Counted from the first letter of the stretch, positions 32,600 to 45,934 are shown. The stretch: 64,000 nt of DNA from Mustelus asterias (GCF_964213995.1 NW_027590163.1:124001-188000), one strand, 5' to 3'. A program made the numbers and translations. Notes: generated by a model from the letters alone, not told the origin.

Positions 32600-34915
32600 A
32601 AACTATCATTCTCACGAAAGAGGTAGTGTTGGGCAAGCTAATGGGGCTAAAGGTAGATATGTCTCCTGGCCCTGATGGAATGCATCCCAGGGTACTAAAA
32701 GAGATGGCGGGGGAAATGGCAAATGCACCAGTGGTAATTTACCAACATTCGCTGGACCCTGGGGTACTTCCCGCTGATTGGAAAACAGCAAATGTGTTGC
32801 CACTGTTTGAAAAAAGAGGTAGATAAAAGGCGGGTAACTATAGGCTGGTTAGCTTAGTTTTTGTCGTAGGGAAAACGCTTGAATCTATCATCAAGCAAGA
32901 AATAGCGAGACATCTGGACATAACTTGGCCCATTGGTAAGACGCAGCATGGGTTCATGAAGGGCAGGTCATGTTTGACCAATTTAGTGGAATACTTTTAG
33001 ACCATTATGTGCACAGTGGACAATGGTAACCTTTGGGTGTGGTGAATCTGGATTTCCAGAAGGCATTTCACAAGGTGCCGCACCAAAGACTGCTGCATTA
33101 GATAAAGGTGCTCAGTGTTAAATATAATGTATTAGAATGGATAGAGGATTGGTTAACTAACAGAAAGCAAAGAGTGGGGGTAAATGGATGTTTTACTGGT
33201 TGGCGATCAGTGAGTAGTGGTGTACCTCTTGGATCAGTGTTGGGACCATAAGACCATAAGACCATAAGACATAGGAGCGGAAGTAAGGCCATTCGGCCCA
33301 TCGAGTCCACTCCACCATTCAATCATGGTTGATTTCAACTCCATTTACCCGCTCTCTCCCCATAGCCCTTAATTCCTCGAGAAATCAAGAATTTATCAAT
33401 TTCTGTCTTGAAGACGCTCAACGTCTCGGCCTCCACAGCCCTCTGTGGCAATGAATTCCACAGACCCACCACTCTCTGGCTGAAGAAATTTCTCCTCATC
33501 TCTGTTCTAAAGTGACTCCCTTTTATTCTAAGGCTGTGCCCCCGCGTCCTAGTCTCCCCTGTTAATGGAAACAACTTCCCTACGTCCATCCTATCTAAGC
33601 CGTTCATTATCTTGTAAGTTTCTATCAGATCTCCCCTCAACCTCCTAAACTCCAATGAATATAATCCCACGATCCTCAGACGTTCATCGTATGTCAGGCC
33701 TACCATTCCTGGGATCATCCGTGTGAATCTCCGCTGGACCCGCTCCAGTGCCAGTATGTCCTTCCTGAGGTGTGGGGCCCAAAATTGCTCACAGTACTCC
33801 AAATGGGGCCTAACCAGTGCTTTATAAAGCCTCAGAAGTACATCCCTGCTTTTGTATTCCAAGCCTCTTGAGATAAATGACAACATTACATTTGCTTTCC
33901 TAATTACGGACTCAACCTGCAAGGGACCGCAATTGTTTACGAATTTACATGTATAATTTGGATTTGGGGACTAAGTGTAGTCTGTCAAAATTCGCAGATG
34001 ACATTAAGATGAGTGGCAGAGCCCAAAGTGTGCAGAGGACGATGAAATTATGCAACGCGATAGAGATAGTCTAAGTGAGTGGGCGAGGGTTTGGCAGATG
34101 GAGTAAAATGTTGGTAAATGTGAGGTCATCCATTTTGGTCGAAATAACAGCAAAATGTATTCATTAAATGGTAAAAACATTGCAGCATGTTGCTGTGCAG
34201 TGGAACCTTGGTGTCCTTGTGAAAGAATCACAAGGAATTGGTTTGCACGTGCAGCAGGTAATTAAGAAGGCAAATGGAATTTTGTCCTTCATTGCAAGAA
34301 GGATGGAGTTTATAAATAGCGTGGTTATGTTGCAGCTGTATAAGGTGCTGGTGAGGCCACACTTGGAGTACTGTGCACAGTGTTGGTCTCCTTACTTGAG
34401 AAAGGATACTGGCACTGGAGGAGGTGCAGAGGAGATTCACTAGGTTGATTCCGGAGTTGAGATGGTTGGCTTATGAGGCGAGACTGAGTAGACTGGGGCT
34501 ATACTCAATGGAATTCAGAAGAATGAAGGCAGATCTTATTGAAACATATAAGATTATGAAGGGAATAGATAAGATAGAAGCAGGGAAGTTGTTTCCACTG
34601 GAGGGTGAAACTAGAGCTCGGGGGCATCGCCTCAAAATACGGGGAAGCAGATTTAGGACTGAGTTGAGGAGGAACTTCTTCACAGAAAAGGTTGTGAATC
34701 TGTGGAATTCCCTGCCCAGTGAAGCAATTGAGGCTACCTCACTGAATGCTTTTCAGGCAAGGATAGATACATTTTTGAACAGTAAAGGAATTAAGGGTTA
34801 TGGTGAGCGGGCGGGTAAGTGGAACTGAGTCCACAAAAAGATCAGCCATGATCTTATTGAATGGCGGAGCAGGCTCAAGGGGGCAGAATGGCCTACTTCT
34901 GCTCCTAGTTCTTAA
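32600..34915 (+). mobile_element. Degenerate CR1-clade LINE ORF2, interrupted by a younger LINE
   Basis: SPGPDGMHPRVLKE, WKTANV, RPHLEYC, 3' tail. Confidence 0.85.
33248..33922 (-). mobile_element. Young 5'-truncated CR1-clade LINE with a 6-bp GGGACC TSD
   Basis: Open 195-aa ORF2 C-terminus; (GGTCTTAT)n tail; GGGACC at 33242-47 and 33923-28. Confidence 0.88.
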
Positions 34916-34929
34916 GTTGTTCTGTGCAC

Positions 34930-37170
34930 TCAAAATATGTTCGAACAACTTACCCACTACAGATGTGAGGCTCACCGGCCTGTCGTTCCAAGGCTTTTCC
35001 CTGCAGCTCTTCTTAAACAAAGGCACAACATTTGCCACCCTTCAATCTTCAGACACCTGAGCTGTGACTTTCGAATATTCAAATATCTCTGCTAGGGGAC
35101 CCGCAATTTCCTTCCTAGACTCGCAATGTTGGTAAATGTGAGGTCATCCATTTTGGTCGAAATAACAGCAAATCTCAGCGTCCAGGGATACACTTCATCA
35201 GGTCCTGGCAATTTATCTATCTTAATTTGCTTTAAGAATTCCAGCTCCTCTTTCTCTGTAATATGTGCGCTCCTCAAGATATCGCTATTTATTTCCCCAT
35301 GTTCCCTAACATCCATGCTTTTCTCAATAGTGAACACTGATGAGAAATATTCATTTAGGACTTCACCCATCTCTGTGGATCTGCACATATAAGACCTTGT
35401 TGATTATTCAGAAGTCCTACTCTCTCCCTAGTTACTCTGTTGCCCTTTATGTATTTGTAGAAACTTTTTGGATTCTCCTTTACCTTATCTGCCAAAAGAA
35501 TCTCGTGTCCCCTTTATGCCCTCATGATTTCTCTCTTAACTCTACTGCACCCTGTTCACACTTCAAGGGATTTACTTGATCTCATCAGCCTATGCATGTC
35601 ATGTGCCTCCTTCTTCTTCTTGACCAGGGGCTCAACGTCTCGCGTCATCCTGGGTTCCTACTTCTACTAGCGTTGCCCTTCACTCTAAGAGGAATGTGCT
35701 TACCCTGAGCTCTGGTTAACACACTTTTGAAAGCTTCCCATTTACCAGACATCCCTTTGCCTTCCCACAGACTTCCCAAATTAACTGTTGAAAATTCCTG
35801 CCTGATACCATCCAAATTGGCCTTGCCCCAATTTAGAATTTAAACTTTTGGGCCAGACCTATCATTCTCCACAGCTATCTTAAAACTAATGGAATTATGG
35901 TCACTGGTCGCAAAGTGATCCCTCACGAACATTTCTATCAAAAGCCTTTCCTTATTTCCCAAGAGGAGGTCACGTTTCGCCCCCTCTCTAGTCGGGCCAT
36001 CCACATCCTGAATGAGAAATTCTTCCTAAAAATATACTCAACACATTTCTGTCCATCCAAGCCTCTAATACCATGGCTGTCCCAGTCAAAGCTTGGAAAG
36101 TTAAAATCCCCCACTATTACCACCCTATTTTTCTTGGAGCTATTTGTAATCTTCTTACATATTTTGGTCCTCGATATCCCGCTGGCATTTTGGGGCCTTT
36201 GGTACAACCCTTTCCCCCTTCTTACTTCTCAGTTCCACCCACACAGATTCAGTGTACGAACCCTTGCATATATCTTCTTTCACCACTGCCGTGATGTTTT
36301 ACGTAATCAAAAGTGCAACTCCACCTCTCTCAAACCGTTTGTTCTACCTTTCCCGTAGCACCTGGACCCTGGAATTGAGCTACAAGTTCTGTCCCTCCCT
36401 CAGCCATGTTTCAGTCTGATCTATAATATCCCAGCCCCATGTACACATCCATGCCCTGAGTTCATCTGCCTTGCCGTCAGGCCTCTTGCATTGAAATTAA
36501 TGCAGTTTAATCTGGACTTCCCTTCCTCTCTGTCGTGCTTTTGCCTGATCTGTCTGGTACTGGGATTACTGACACTGCCTTCACTATTTAATGTGCTCAC
36601 TTTAACTTATGTGCTGTCCGCAACCTTCTCTTCAGTCTTCCTCCTGTTTTGGCCCCCACTCCCCTGCCATACTAGTTATATTATAATTCATTATAAGGCC
36701 TCCCGAGAGGCTCCAGCAGATCTCCCTGCCAGGATATTAGGCACCCTCCAGTTCAGGTATGAGCCGCCCCTCTTGAAAAGTTCATTCCTTCGCCAGAAGA
36801 GATCCCAATGATCCACAAATGTTAAAAAACTGCTCCCTGCACCAGCTGTCAAGCCAGGCACTCATCTGTCTAATCTTCGTATTCCTACTCGCACTAGCAC
36901 GTGGCACTCGCAGTTGTCCAGAAATTATTACCTTTGAGGTCCTTGCCTCTCATAATCTTGTAGACTTCTATCAGGTCTCCCGTCAACCTCCATCGCTTCA
37001 GTGAGAACAAATCAAGTTTCTCCAACCTCTCCGCATAGTTAATGCCCTCCATACCAGGCAACATCCTGGTAAATCTTTTCTGTACCCTCGCCAAAGCCTC
37101 CACATCCTTCTGGTAGTGTGGTGACCAGAATTGAACACTATATTACAAGTGCGGCCTAACTAAGGTGTTG
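34930..37170 (-). mobile_element. Degenerate CR1-clade LINE pieces (ORF1, APE endonuclease, RT)
   Basis: YQRP..VVIVGDFNFP, KLPGPDEVYP, ANVVPLFKK, RVQKRFTRMLPG. Confidence 0.8.
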
Positions 37171-37459
37171 CTGTTTCTTACCTTCTGATTTTTGTACTAT
37201 TTGGGGCCTGGAGGGCGTTCCCACTCGCCCCCCCCAACCCCCCCCCCCCCACCCCGCCCACCCCTGCCCCGGACGGAGTAACCACAGAGGATGTAACCTC
37301 CAGCAAGGCAAACATCAGGAAGGTGAAGCCCCAGCCAGATTAACCCCGGAATGCCCTCCCCCCCACCCCCCTCACCATCCCAGGGAAAATCCCGAAGTTT
37401 GTACCCAGGCAAAAATCCCCAGAGCCCCCCCCACCCCCACCCCAGCCAAAGATCCATAC

Positions 37460-38392
37460 GGTGTAACCCCCGTACAGTAAGGTGTAACCCTCGGACAGAG
37501 TACCTCTGGCGGGTTGTTCCTCCCTGAAAGGGAAAGCCCGAAAAGGTAGGCCCTGGAGGGTTGCAGATGATTCATAATGTTATTTTTCAGTGTAATAGAG
37601 TTATTTGTTACCGCATCAAGGAGGGCATATTGTCATGTCGGGATTGTGTTAATATTAGTTGTTGTTTTATGATTTATCATTGTGGATTGTCTGTAGCCCG
37701 GATGGTGTACCCGTTGGATAATGTAACCCCTGGACAGAGTGACCCCTTGGTTAGAGGCAAGCTAATCCAGCAGGCGAAAATATTGAAGGTGAATCTCCGA
37801 AGGGTGAAACTCTGGAGGTTTGCAGATAACTCACAATGGTAATTTTATTGCAACAAGCGATGTTTGTGATTGTGTTAAGAGGGGTTTATTACATGCTGTA
37901 TCGTGTTGATATAAGTTGTTGATTTGTTATGTCATGGTATAACCCCTGGATTTGCAGCCTCGGAATGTGCAATCCCGAGAGAAGTGCCCCGGAGGTGAAA
38001 CCCTCGGAAGAGGAAAATATGGAGGGCAAAGCCCTGGAAAGTTGTAGGTAACTTACAATGAAGCCCTTTCTTATTGTAAGGGAGTATTTTGTTATTGGAT
38101 AAAGGAGCTGTCGGTATTGTGTCCATATTTTTGCTTGCTGGTTTATAGTCCCTCTGGCTTGTTTGCATTATTGGAACGCCCATTGTGCATACTCGCAATG
38201 CATACTCGCTATGTGTTACTGTGCTATGTTGCTTGTCCTACTGTATTAAACATGACATGTTTATTATTGATACTGTGTTATATTGGGTGTTATCTCTATC
38301 AATTATTATTGCAGATTGGTATTGTATTCTGGTTTGCAATTTGAAAGTGTGATGTATTTTGCATTTGTAAACTGTTTGATAAATAAAAATAT
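37460..38392 (+). repeat. Three degenerate ~220-260-bp tandem units followed by an AT-rich tail with AATAAA (possible L1/Tx1-type 3' UTR)
   Basis: Recurring anchors TAACCCYYGGA and CTGGAGG-TTGCAGAT..CAYAATG. Confidence 0.5.
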
Positions 38393-39772
38393 TGGCTCTC
38401 AGTGGTTGCTTTTGGAAACTCTTTTTACAGGGGATTAGATGGGGAGCATTTACACACACACAAAACTCACAACACGAGATATGTATGACTCTTCTCAATT
38501 TCCACCTTGGAGTGACGATGTTGACTTCTTTTTTTCACAGGCTGTTGGAAGATAAGTATTAAAAACCAAACCAAACATCAGATTGGAACCTGGCGATTCA
38601 CTCAATTCATCAGAACCCCAATGTAAATGTGTCATGAGGGATTTGAAATTAAGAATTAAATTTTACATTGATTTGCTCTTTAACCAGAGCCTGGGAAGGT
38701 CAGTGAGTATTGGAACTCAAATTTATCATGGGTTGAATGAGCGAGGCTGGCCAGTCAAGTCTCAAGGAAATAAAGGAATGAATGAAAGTTTCAGAAACAG
38801 GAGCTGAGGTAGGGTCATGTTGAGCGATGTTAGTGGGATTTGTTAGGAACAGGAGGGGAGTTAATTTAAACCACATTGATTTTTCCTATTGCCATCTCTC
38901 CATGAACAGAAATATGTTTTTGATTTCACTAATCCTGCACAAGTGGTGTCGTATTTCCCAACCCCTTGAGATAGGCTGAACTGAAAGGATTTGTATATTT
39001 CGACACAATGAAAACGCAGCAAGGGGGTGTCAGCATTGACCCTTTGTATTCATACGCAAATGTTGGACAGAGAAAAGAAATATTTTCAGAGCAGAGATGA
39101 CAGAAAACAATTGTGTTACACATGGTTCGACAGTCCGGAATCACAATGTCTCTTCAGGGATGATGAAGTGTGTGTTTCCATGCTCCTGCCAGATATTTCC
39201 CTTTGTTCAGAAATCACAGACAGACATAAACTCAGGACTTTAAAAAGGCCCTTGTCCAGCTTTGAAGATTTTACCAATATCCGTTATCAATATCAACTGT
39301 ATTTTATGTGAGGTCTCAGTCCCATCACCAGTGGGAAAGTCATTCTTGGAGATGGCACAGATGTGTGGTTGGAAGGCTACCTTGGTGTGAGGCCCAGGAC
39401 AATGCTCTGGAGACGCAGGTTCAAATCCCGCCATGGTATGTGGTGGAATTTGAAGTTAGTATCAGTCTGAAATTGAAAGTCTAATGATGAGAAAGATAAA
39501 AGATTGATATTTTTGATAAAAACTAATCTGGTTGAATAATGCAGTTTAGGAAAAAAATCCGCTGTCCTCACCTGGTCTGGCCTCCATGTAACTCCAGTTC
39601 TGCAGCAATCTGATCGAATTTTAAATCCCCTCTGATGTATCAAACTGTTACAAAGTTACTAAAAAGGTATTATGGACATAGGAACATAAGAGCTTCGAAC
39701 AGAAGTTGGTCACCTGGCCTCTTGAGCCTGTATATGGTGCAAAGTCAGATTTAGAAAGAGAATATTTCACCA

Positions 39773-40095
39773 TTAGAATCATAGAAACGCTACAGCACAG
39801 AAATAGGCCATTCGGCCCATCGAGTCTGCACCGAACACAATCCCACCCAGGCCCTACCCCCATATCCCTACATATTTACCCACTAATCCCTCTAACCTAC
39901 GGACACTAAGGGGCAATTTTAGCATAGCCAATCAACCTAACCCGCACATCTTTGGACTGTGGGAAGGAGCACCCGGAGGAAACCCACGCAGACACGAGGA
40001 GAATGTGCAAACTCCACACAGACAGTGACCCAAGCCGGGAATCGAACCCAGGTCCCTGGAGCTGTGCAGCACCACTGTGCTACCGTGCTGCCCCG
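39773..40095 (-). mobile_element. Near full-length tRNA-derived SINE (HE1-like)
   Basis: Same family as 869-2592. Confidence 0.8.
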
Positions 40096-40750
40096 TGTTG
40101 TGAAAATTCTGATTCAGCCTCAGACAGTTGCCAGGGAGTGGGCTGGTGTTGGTGGAGTTTGAAGCGCGAACTGAAGACAATGGCTTCACTGTTTATTTAT
40201 TTTTAAATCCTGGACTGGAACGCAGCCCAATTAGGATCGTTCCTGCTTTGGAGGTGATGCTTTTTTTCACATCCACATGCGAATCCGGTCGTTCTAGATG
40301 ACGGAGGCTGAGGGTTTGAAAGATTCTATCTGGTTGTACACACATAAAATTCCTCTGCCATCTCTTCTCCTCCCACCAGTCTTAACCCGCCCACTTGCTC
40401 CATCCTCCCATCGAGGTCCCGATCTTGTGTAATTTCAGACCGGGTCACAGGTTCCCTTCCCTGCTGGACATTAGTGACCCACTTGGGTTTTTACAACAAT
40501 CCAGCAGCTTTCATGTCCATTTTGTCCTGGAGCCAGCCCCACAAATTACCATAATCATTCAGCTCAATTTCACAACCTGCCTTTGTGTTTTTGTGGTTTC
40601 TCTTTCATACTTTTTTTTTCTGTTCCCGATCAATTTCACAGGGTATCAGGAGGGGAGGATTTGTAGTCGGGAAACGGAAACGCAGCCTCACATCAGAATC
40701 TGACAGAGCCACTCACTTTATCGTTACGTGAAGATCATTGGATTTTGAAC

Positions 40751-41280
40751 ATGGAAGGAAAATGCACCGTTCACAGTGGGGAGAAACCGTACACGTGTTT
40801 TGTGTGTGGAGGAGGAATCAGCCAATTATCTGACCTTTCAGAACATAAATACAGCCAAAACAGGTCAAAGCCATGGAAACGATAAGATTGTGGGAAGGGA
40901 TTCAATTGTCCATCAGTGCTAGAAATTCATCGATGGTGCCACACTGGAGAGAGACTATGCACCTACTCCCAGTGTGGGAAGGAATTCACTCAGTCAGTCC
41001 ACCCTCTGACAAACCAGTGCGTTCGCACCCGGGAGAGGCCATACACCTGTTCCAAGTGGGGAAAGGAATTCAATCAGTTATCCAACCTGGTGATACACCA
41101 CATGTTTACTCTGGAGAGAGACCATTCACCTGCTCCAAAAGTGGGAAGGGATGCATTCAGTTATCTGAACTACTGAGGCACCAGCACGTTGACACTGGAG
41201 AGAGGCCGTTCTCCTGCTCTTAGTGTGGGATTAGTTTCAGTGAATAATCCACCCTGCTGACACACCAGAATGTTCACATG
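40751..41280 (+). pseudogene. C2H2 zinc-finger pseudogene, about 6 degenerate fingers
   Basis: MEGKCTVHSGEKPYTCFVCG, HTGER, TGERPFSCS linkers; stops (e.g. 40883), a frameshift and lost Cys/His residues. Confidence 0.85.
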
Positions 41281-42078
41281 GTTTTCCCCGTGAATCACAT
41301 CCAGGACTGAACCTTGTTCATTGGGATCTGTTTCTGCTGATCCTGACTGGTAGTCTGCTCAAATATTCTGGCTCAAAATTAAATAAGTCAGCTTTATGTT
41401 GCGCACACACTGTTGAGTCTCGATGTTATCCCAAACACAATTGGTTCCTTTTGAAGGGCTCTCCCGCTCCCCTGGCTCCTCCATCCTCACCTCCAACAAC
41501 AAGGGTGGGGAGCTGATCGAGCTTCTTTATCACGAAGATCGAGACAATCCCATCAGCTGTCCCTACTGCTGCCTTCCCTTCCACTAGCCCACAGGGATAA
41601 AATGTCTGGAAAGATCCCATTTGTCTGACGCCACATCTTTCTCCAGTTTCTCTGCTATCTCCCCTCCTTCTCTATCTGTTCACCTTGTCCATGAAACACT
41701 TCACCTGCTCCATTGAGTCTATTTTCATAAAACTGTTGAACACCCAACCTCCCCATGTTCACTGCTATTGTTGACAGTTCTCTCTCCTGAATTACTGCCC
41801 CTCTCACAAACAAATTTCCATTCATCATCCCATCGCCAAAACTAAAACTGTTACCCCATCATCCTTGCAAACTATTGCCCTATCTCCACCCTCAGTCTCA
41901 TGTCCACACTGTTCAAGATGCAGCACCCACGCAAATACTGACATTCTCAGTGTGAACAGAGTGGGATGTGTTGGGAGACAGGATGTCCCAGTACTCTATC
42001 CTGGGATTGTCAGTGTGAACAGGGTGGGGTTTGTTTGGAGACAGGATGTCCCAGTTCCCCAGACTGGGATTCTCAGTG

Positions 42079-43063
42079 GACAGAGTACCCTTCGTCGTCC
42101 AGTACTTCCCTGGAGCGGAGAAGCTATTGCATCTCCTCCGGAGCCTTCAACATGCCATTGATGAAGACGAACATCTCGCCAAGGCCATCCCAAAACCCCC
42201 ACTTCTTGCCTTCTAACAACCGCACAACCTCAAACAGACCATTGTCCGCAGCGAACTACCCAGCCTTCAGGAGAACAGTGACCACGACACCACACAACAA
42301 TGCCACAGCAACCTCTGTAAGACGTCCCGGATCATGGACACAGATGCCATCATCTCACGTGATAACACCATCCACCAGGTACACGGTACATACTCTTGCA
42401 ACTCGGCCAACGTTGTTTACCTGATACGCTGCAGGAAAGGATGTCACGAGGCATGGTACATTGGGGAAACCATGCAGACGCTGCGACAACAGATGAATGT
42501 AAACCGCTCGACAATCACCAGGCAAGACTGTTCTCTTCCTGTTGGGGAGCACTTCAGCGGTCACGGGCATTCGGCCTCTGATATTCGGGTAAGCGTTCTC
42601 CAAGGCAGCCTTCACGACACACGACGACGCAGAGTCGCTGAGTAGAAACTAATAGCCAAGTTCCGTACACATGAGCACGGCCTCAACCGGAATATTGGGT
42701 TCATGTCACACTATCTGTAATCCCCACAGCTTGCCTGGACCTGCAGAGTCTCACTGGCTGTCCTGTCTGGAGACAATGCACATCTCTTTAGCCTGTCTTG
42801 ATGCTCTCTCCACTCACATTGTTTGTATCGTAAAGACTTTATTAGCTGTAAGTATTCGCATTCTGACCATTATTCTGTAAATTGAGTTCGTGTCCTTATA
42901 TGCCCTGTTTGGGAACAGAATTCCCACTCACCTGAAGAAGGGGCTTGGGGCTCCGAAAGCTTGTGTGGCTTTTGCTACCAAATAAACCTGTTGGACTTTA
43001 ACCTGGTGTTGCTAAACTTCTTACAGTGTTTACCCCAGTCCAACGCCGGCATCTCCACATCAT
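42079..43063 (+). mobile_element. 5'-truncated Penelope-like retroelement (GIY-YIG endonuclease)
   Basis: YSCNSANVVYLIRCRKGCHEAWYIGETMQTLR..VGEHF..HGLN; 11-bp TSD GATTCTCAGTG at 42068-78 and 43064-74. Confidence 0.9.
42925..42968 (+). ncRNA. Minimal type I hammerhead ribozyme-like motif
   Basis: CAC-CTGAAGA-A-GGGGC(TTGGG)GCTCC-GAAA-GC-TT-GTG. Confidence 0.6.
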
Positions 43064-43739
43064 GATTCTCAGTGTGAACAGGGTGGGACGTGTTTGGAGA
43101 CAGGATGTCCCAGTTCCCCACCCTGGGATTCTCGGTGTGAACAGGGTGGGCTGTCTTTGGTCCCAGTTCTCCACCTTTACAGGGACAGGTAGAGGAGCAG
43201 TTGGGCTGAATGACAATGCTTACTGACAGCACTGCAGTGCCTGGTAACCATCCTCCCTTTTCTTTTCATATTTCTGAATAAAGATTTAAAGTTGTTGAGA
43301 CTGGAGTCTTGAACCTGCTATTTCATAAAAGATGTTAACCAGAATCTTCCATCTCTTTGTCCTTCTGCAACTCATAAGCCTTCACTATTTAGTCGATATT
43401 TAAACCCTTTTGACTGATGAAATTCATGATCTGATACTTTTCTGTGCTAAATCTTGCCTGATATTTTCCTGCTGCATTACATGTGTAAATGTTTGCAGTT
43501 TGTATAATGTTTAAACACAAGGTTTGCAGTGGGGATTGAAGCAGGGACTTTCTCCTGTAAAGTTGCAGTGGTAATGAGTGTCCTGGGAAAATGAGTGTGA
43601 ACCCCGGAGCCCCGGACACAGCGGAACTGACCATCCAGCTCTAGCTCTGATTCACAAACACCAAATGCTGCCAAGAATCAGCGAGTCAGCCTCAGTTTGT
43701 GGCCAAGCCCACCATCTCACAACGTCACAATGCCTGGCT

Positions 43740-44160
43740 GATTGACGGCGGCTCCACACCAATAGGAGGAGAGAGGGCGGGGCTGCAGGAACGACCGGGA
43801 GTGGCGTGTCCTCCAACCGATCGGAGTGAATTAGGGGCGGTGCTGAGGGTGGCGCATGCGCAGTGTGGGGAATGGCGATGGGGGTGACGGTTTGATCTGA
43901 TTTCCAGTCGGTAGTGGGTGGAAAGGCAACTCGGGGCAGCGATGGATCCGGCGGGTGGGCGGAGAGGATTCATAACCAGGTTTCTGTAAAACGGGAACTC
44001 AGAGAATGAAATCCCCGGTTCCCTGTTTGCACCCACCGCAGCCCAGTATTGTTCCCCCGTTTCTGCCCCGAGTTCAGGGCGCCATGTTGCCAGCGGGGCC
44101 GTGCGCCTGCGCGCACGCCATCTTTGTGAGCGGCACGGTGGGGAGAGCGCATGCCCAGTA
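43740..44160. promoter_or_regulatory. CpG-rich promoter-like island
   Basis: CCAAT, GGGCGG boxes and GCGCATGCGC (NRF1-type) motifs in a CpG-poor context. Confidence 0.6.
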
Positions 44161-44239
44161 CCATCTTTGTCTGGGTTTGACCAAAGGGCAGAGGTTAAAG
44201 GTGAGAGTGTTTTCGCACCAGCTACTTCCTGTGGTAATG

Positions 44240-44950
44240 AATTCCACAGGCTGGCCACTCTTTGGGTCAAGAAATGTCTCCTCACCTCCTTCCTAAATGG
44301 TCTACCCTGAATCCTCAGACTCTGGCCCCTGGATATCCTCCCTGCATCTCCCCTTTATAGTCCTGTTGGAATTTTAAAAGAATCTCTGAGATCCCCTCAT
44401 TTGTCTGAATTCCATCAAAAACAATCCTAACCTAGTCAATCTCTCCTCACACATCAGTCCCGCCATTCCCAGAATCAGCCTGGGAAACCTTCACTGCACT
44501 CGCTTGCGAGCAAGAACATCCTTCCTCAGAAAAGGAGACCAAAACTGCACACAATACTCTCGGATTGGCCTCACCAAAGCCCTGTATAATTGCCAGAACA
44601 TATCCCTACTCCTGTTCTCGAAAACTCTCACAAAATGAAAGTCAAGATGCCATTTGCCGTCTTCATCGCCTGCTCCATTGTGCATCTTCATCTTCAGTGA
44701 CTGGTGCACAAGGACACCCAGGTCCCGCTGCACACTCCCCTCTCCCAATTTACACCCCTTCAGGTAGTAGTCTGCCGCCTTGTTTTCACTTCCAAAGTGA
44801 ATAACGTCACATTCATCCAAATTATACTGCATCTGCCATTGATTTGTCCACTCACCAAACCTGTCCAGATCATTCTGAAGGATCCCTGCATCTCATCACG
44901 GTTCACCCTCCCAACCAATGTTACATTCTGCAAACTTTGGGATGTTACAC
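44240..44950 (-). mobile_element. CR1-clade LINE fragment
   Basis: LYRALVRPIREYCVQFWSP, FLTQRVASLWNSLP. Confidence 0.8.
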
Positions 44951-45934
44951 TTGTTACATTGTGTTACATTAAACATTGAGTTCATCCAATTAAACACTCA
45001 CACTGTTTAGGAATAAAGCAAATGTAACAGGCATCCTGAGGGGCCTGGGATTAGACCTTGAATTGAGGCCTAATCACAGAGGCTTCATCCCGGTGCGACA
45101 TATAATGTGACCTCATTATTGTAATTTTGGAGTTCTGCAATCACCCTCTGCATCCGAAGATCCCAAAAATAGTGGGATTTTTAAAATTCAGTGCGGGCTT
45201 TCTCAGAGTGGATCTCTCTATCTCCCCCTCTCTTTCTGCACGATTGCTGCAATGTAGAAACTAACCGCAGGCATATAGGTTGCGAATATTTTATTATTAA
45301 GTAAATGTTTACAGGCAGTGACAGAGATAATGCGGCAGAGAGAAAAAGAGAATCAACAGACAGAGGTAGAATGAAACAGATCGAGAGAGAGAGAGAATCA
45401 GATTGAGAGAGAGCATGAGAAAAAGAGACTGCCCCCAACACAAACGTCAGAATTAAAATGGAGAGTGAATCCCTCATGGAAGCCCGGCTCCCAGTAACAG
45501 CCTCAGTTTAACCGACCACATCCAGCTGTTTTCATATCCGCCTCGTTTCTCCTCTCCCTCTCTCTGTCTCTCCATCTGTTTCTGCAGCATTAGGGCTTGA
45601 ATTGAGGCCTAGTCACAGAGGCTGCATTAAACCATGGGGCAAAGAGCAGGATTTGCTCCATTCCAGTGGAACACAACAATTCTCTCCAGCCCGGAAAGCT
45701 GTAGTGACAGAGGCAGTGATATTAAACCCCTGATCGACCCCCTGCCCTACCAATTCTCCAATTCACACCACCCCTTCTAAAAACACAATCAAGACTCTGG
45801 AATTCGAAACAAGCTATTGCCAGGGACAGGGCATTTTAATCTCATCCCTCCCTCGTCCCTCCCAAGTGCTTTACAGTCGCTGAGCCAGTTGGATTTTAAA
45901 TTTGCGTGCTTACAAGCTGCATTTCAGGAAAGGC

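Larger units (their letters stand above)
41943..43190 (+). repeat. 63-bp tandem repeat (about 4 units) interrupted by the Penelope-like element
   Basis: Units start at 41943, 42006, 42069/43065 and 43128. Confidence 0.85.
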
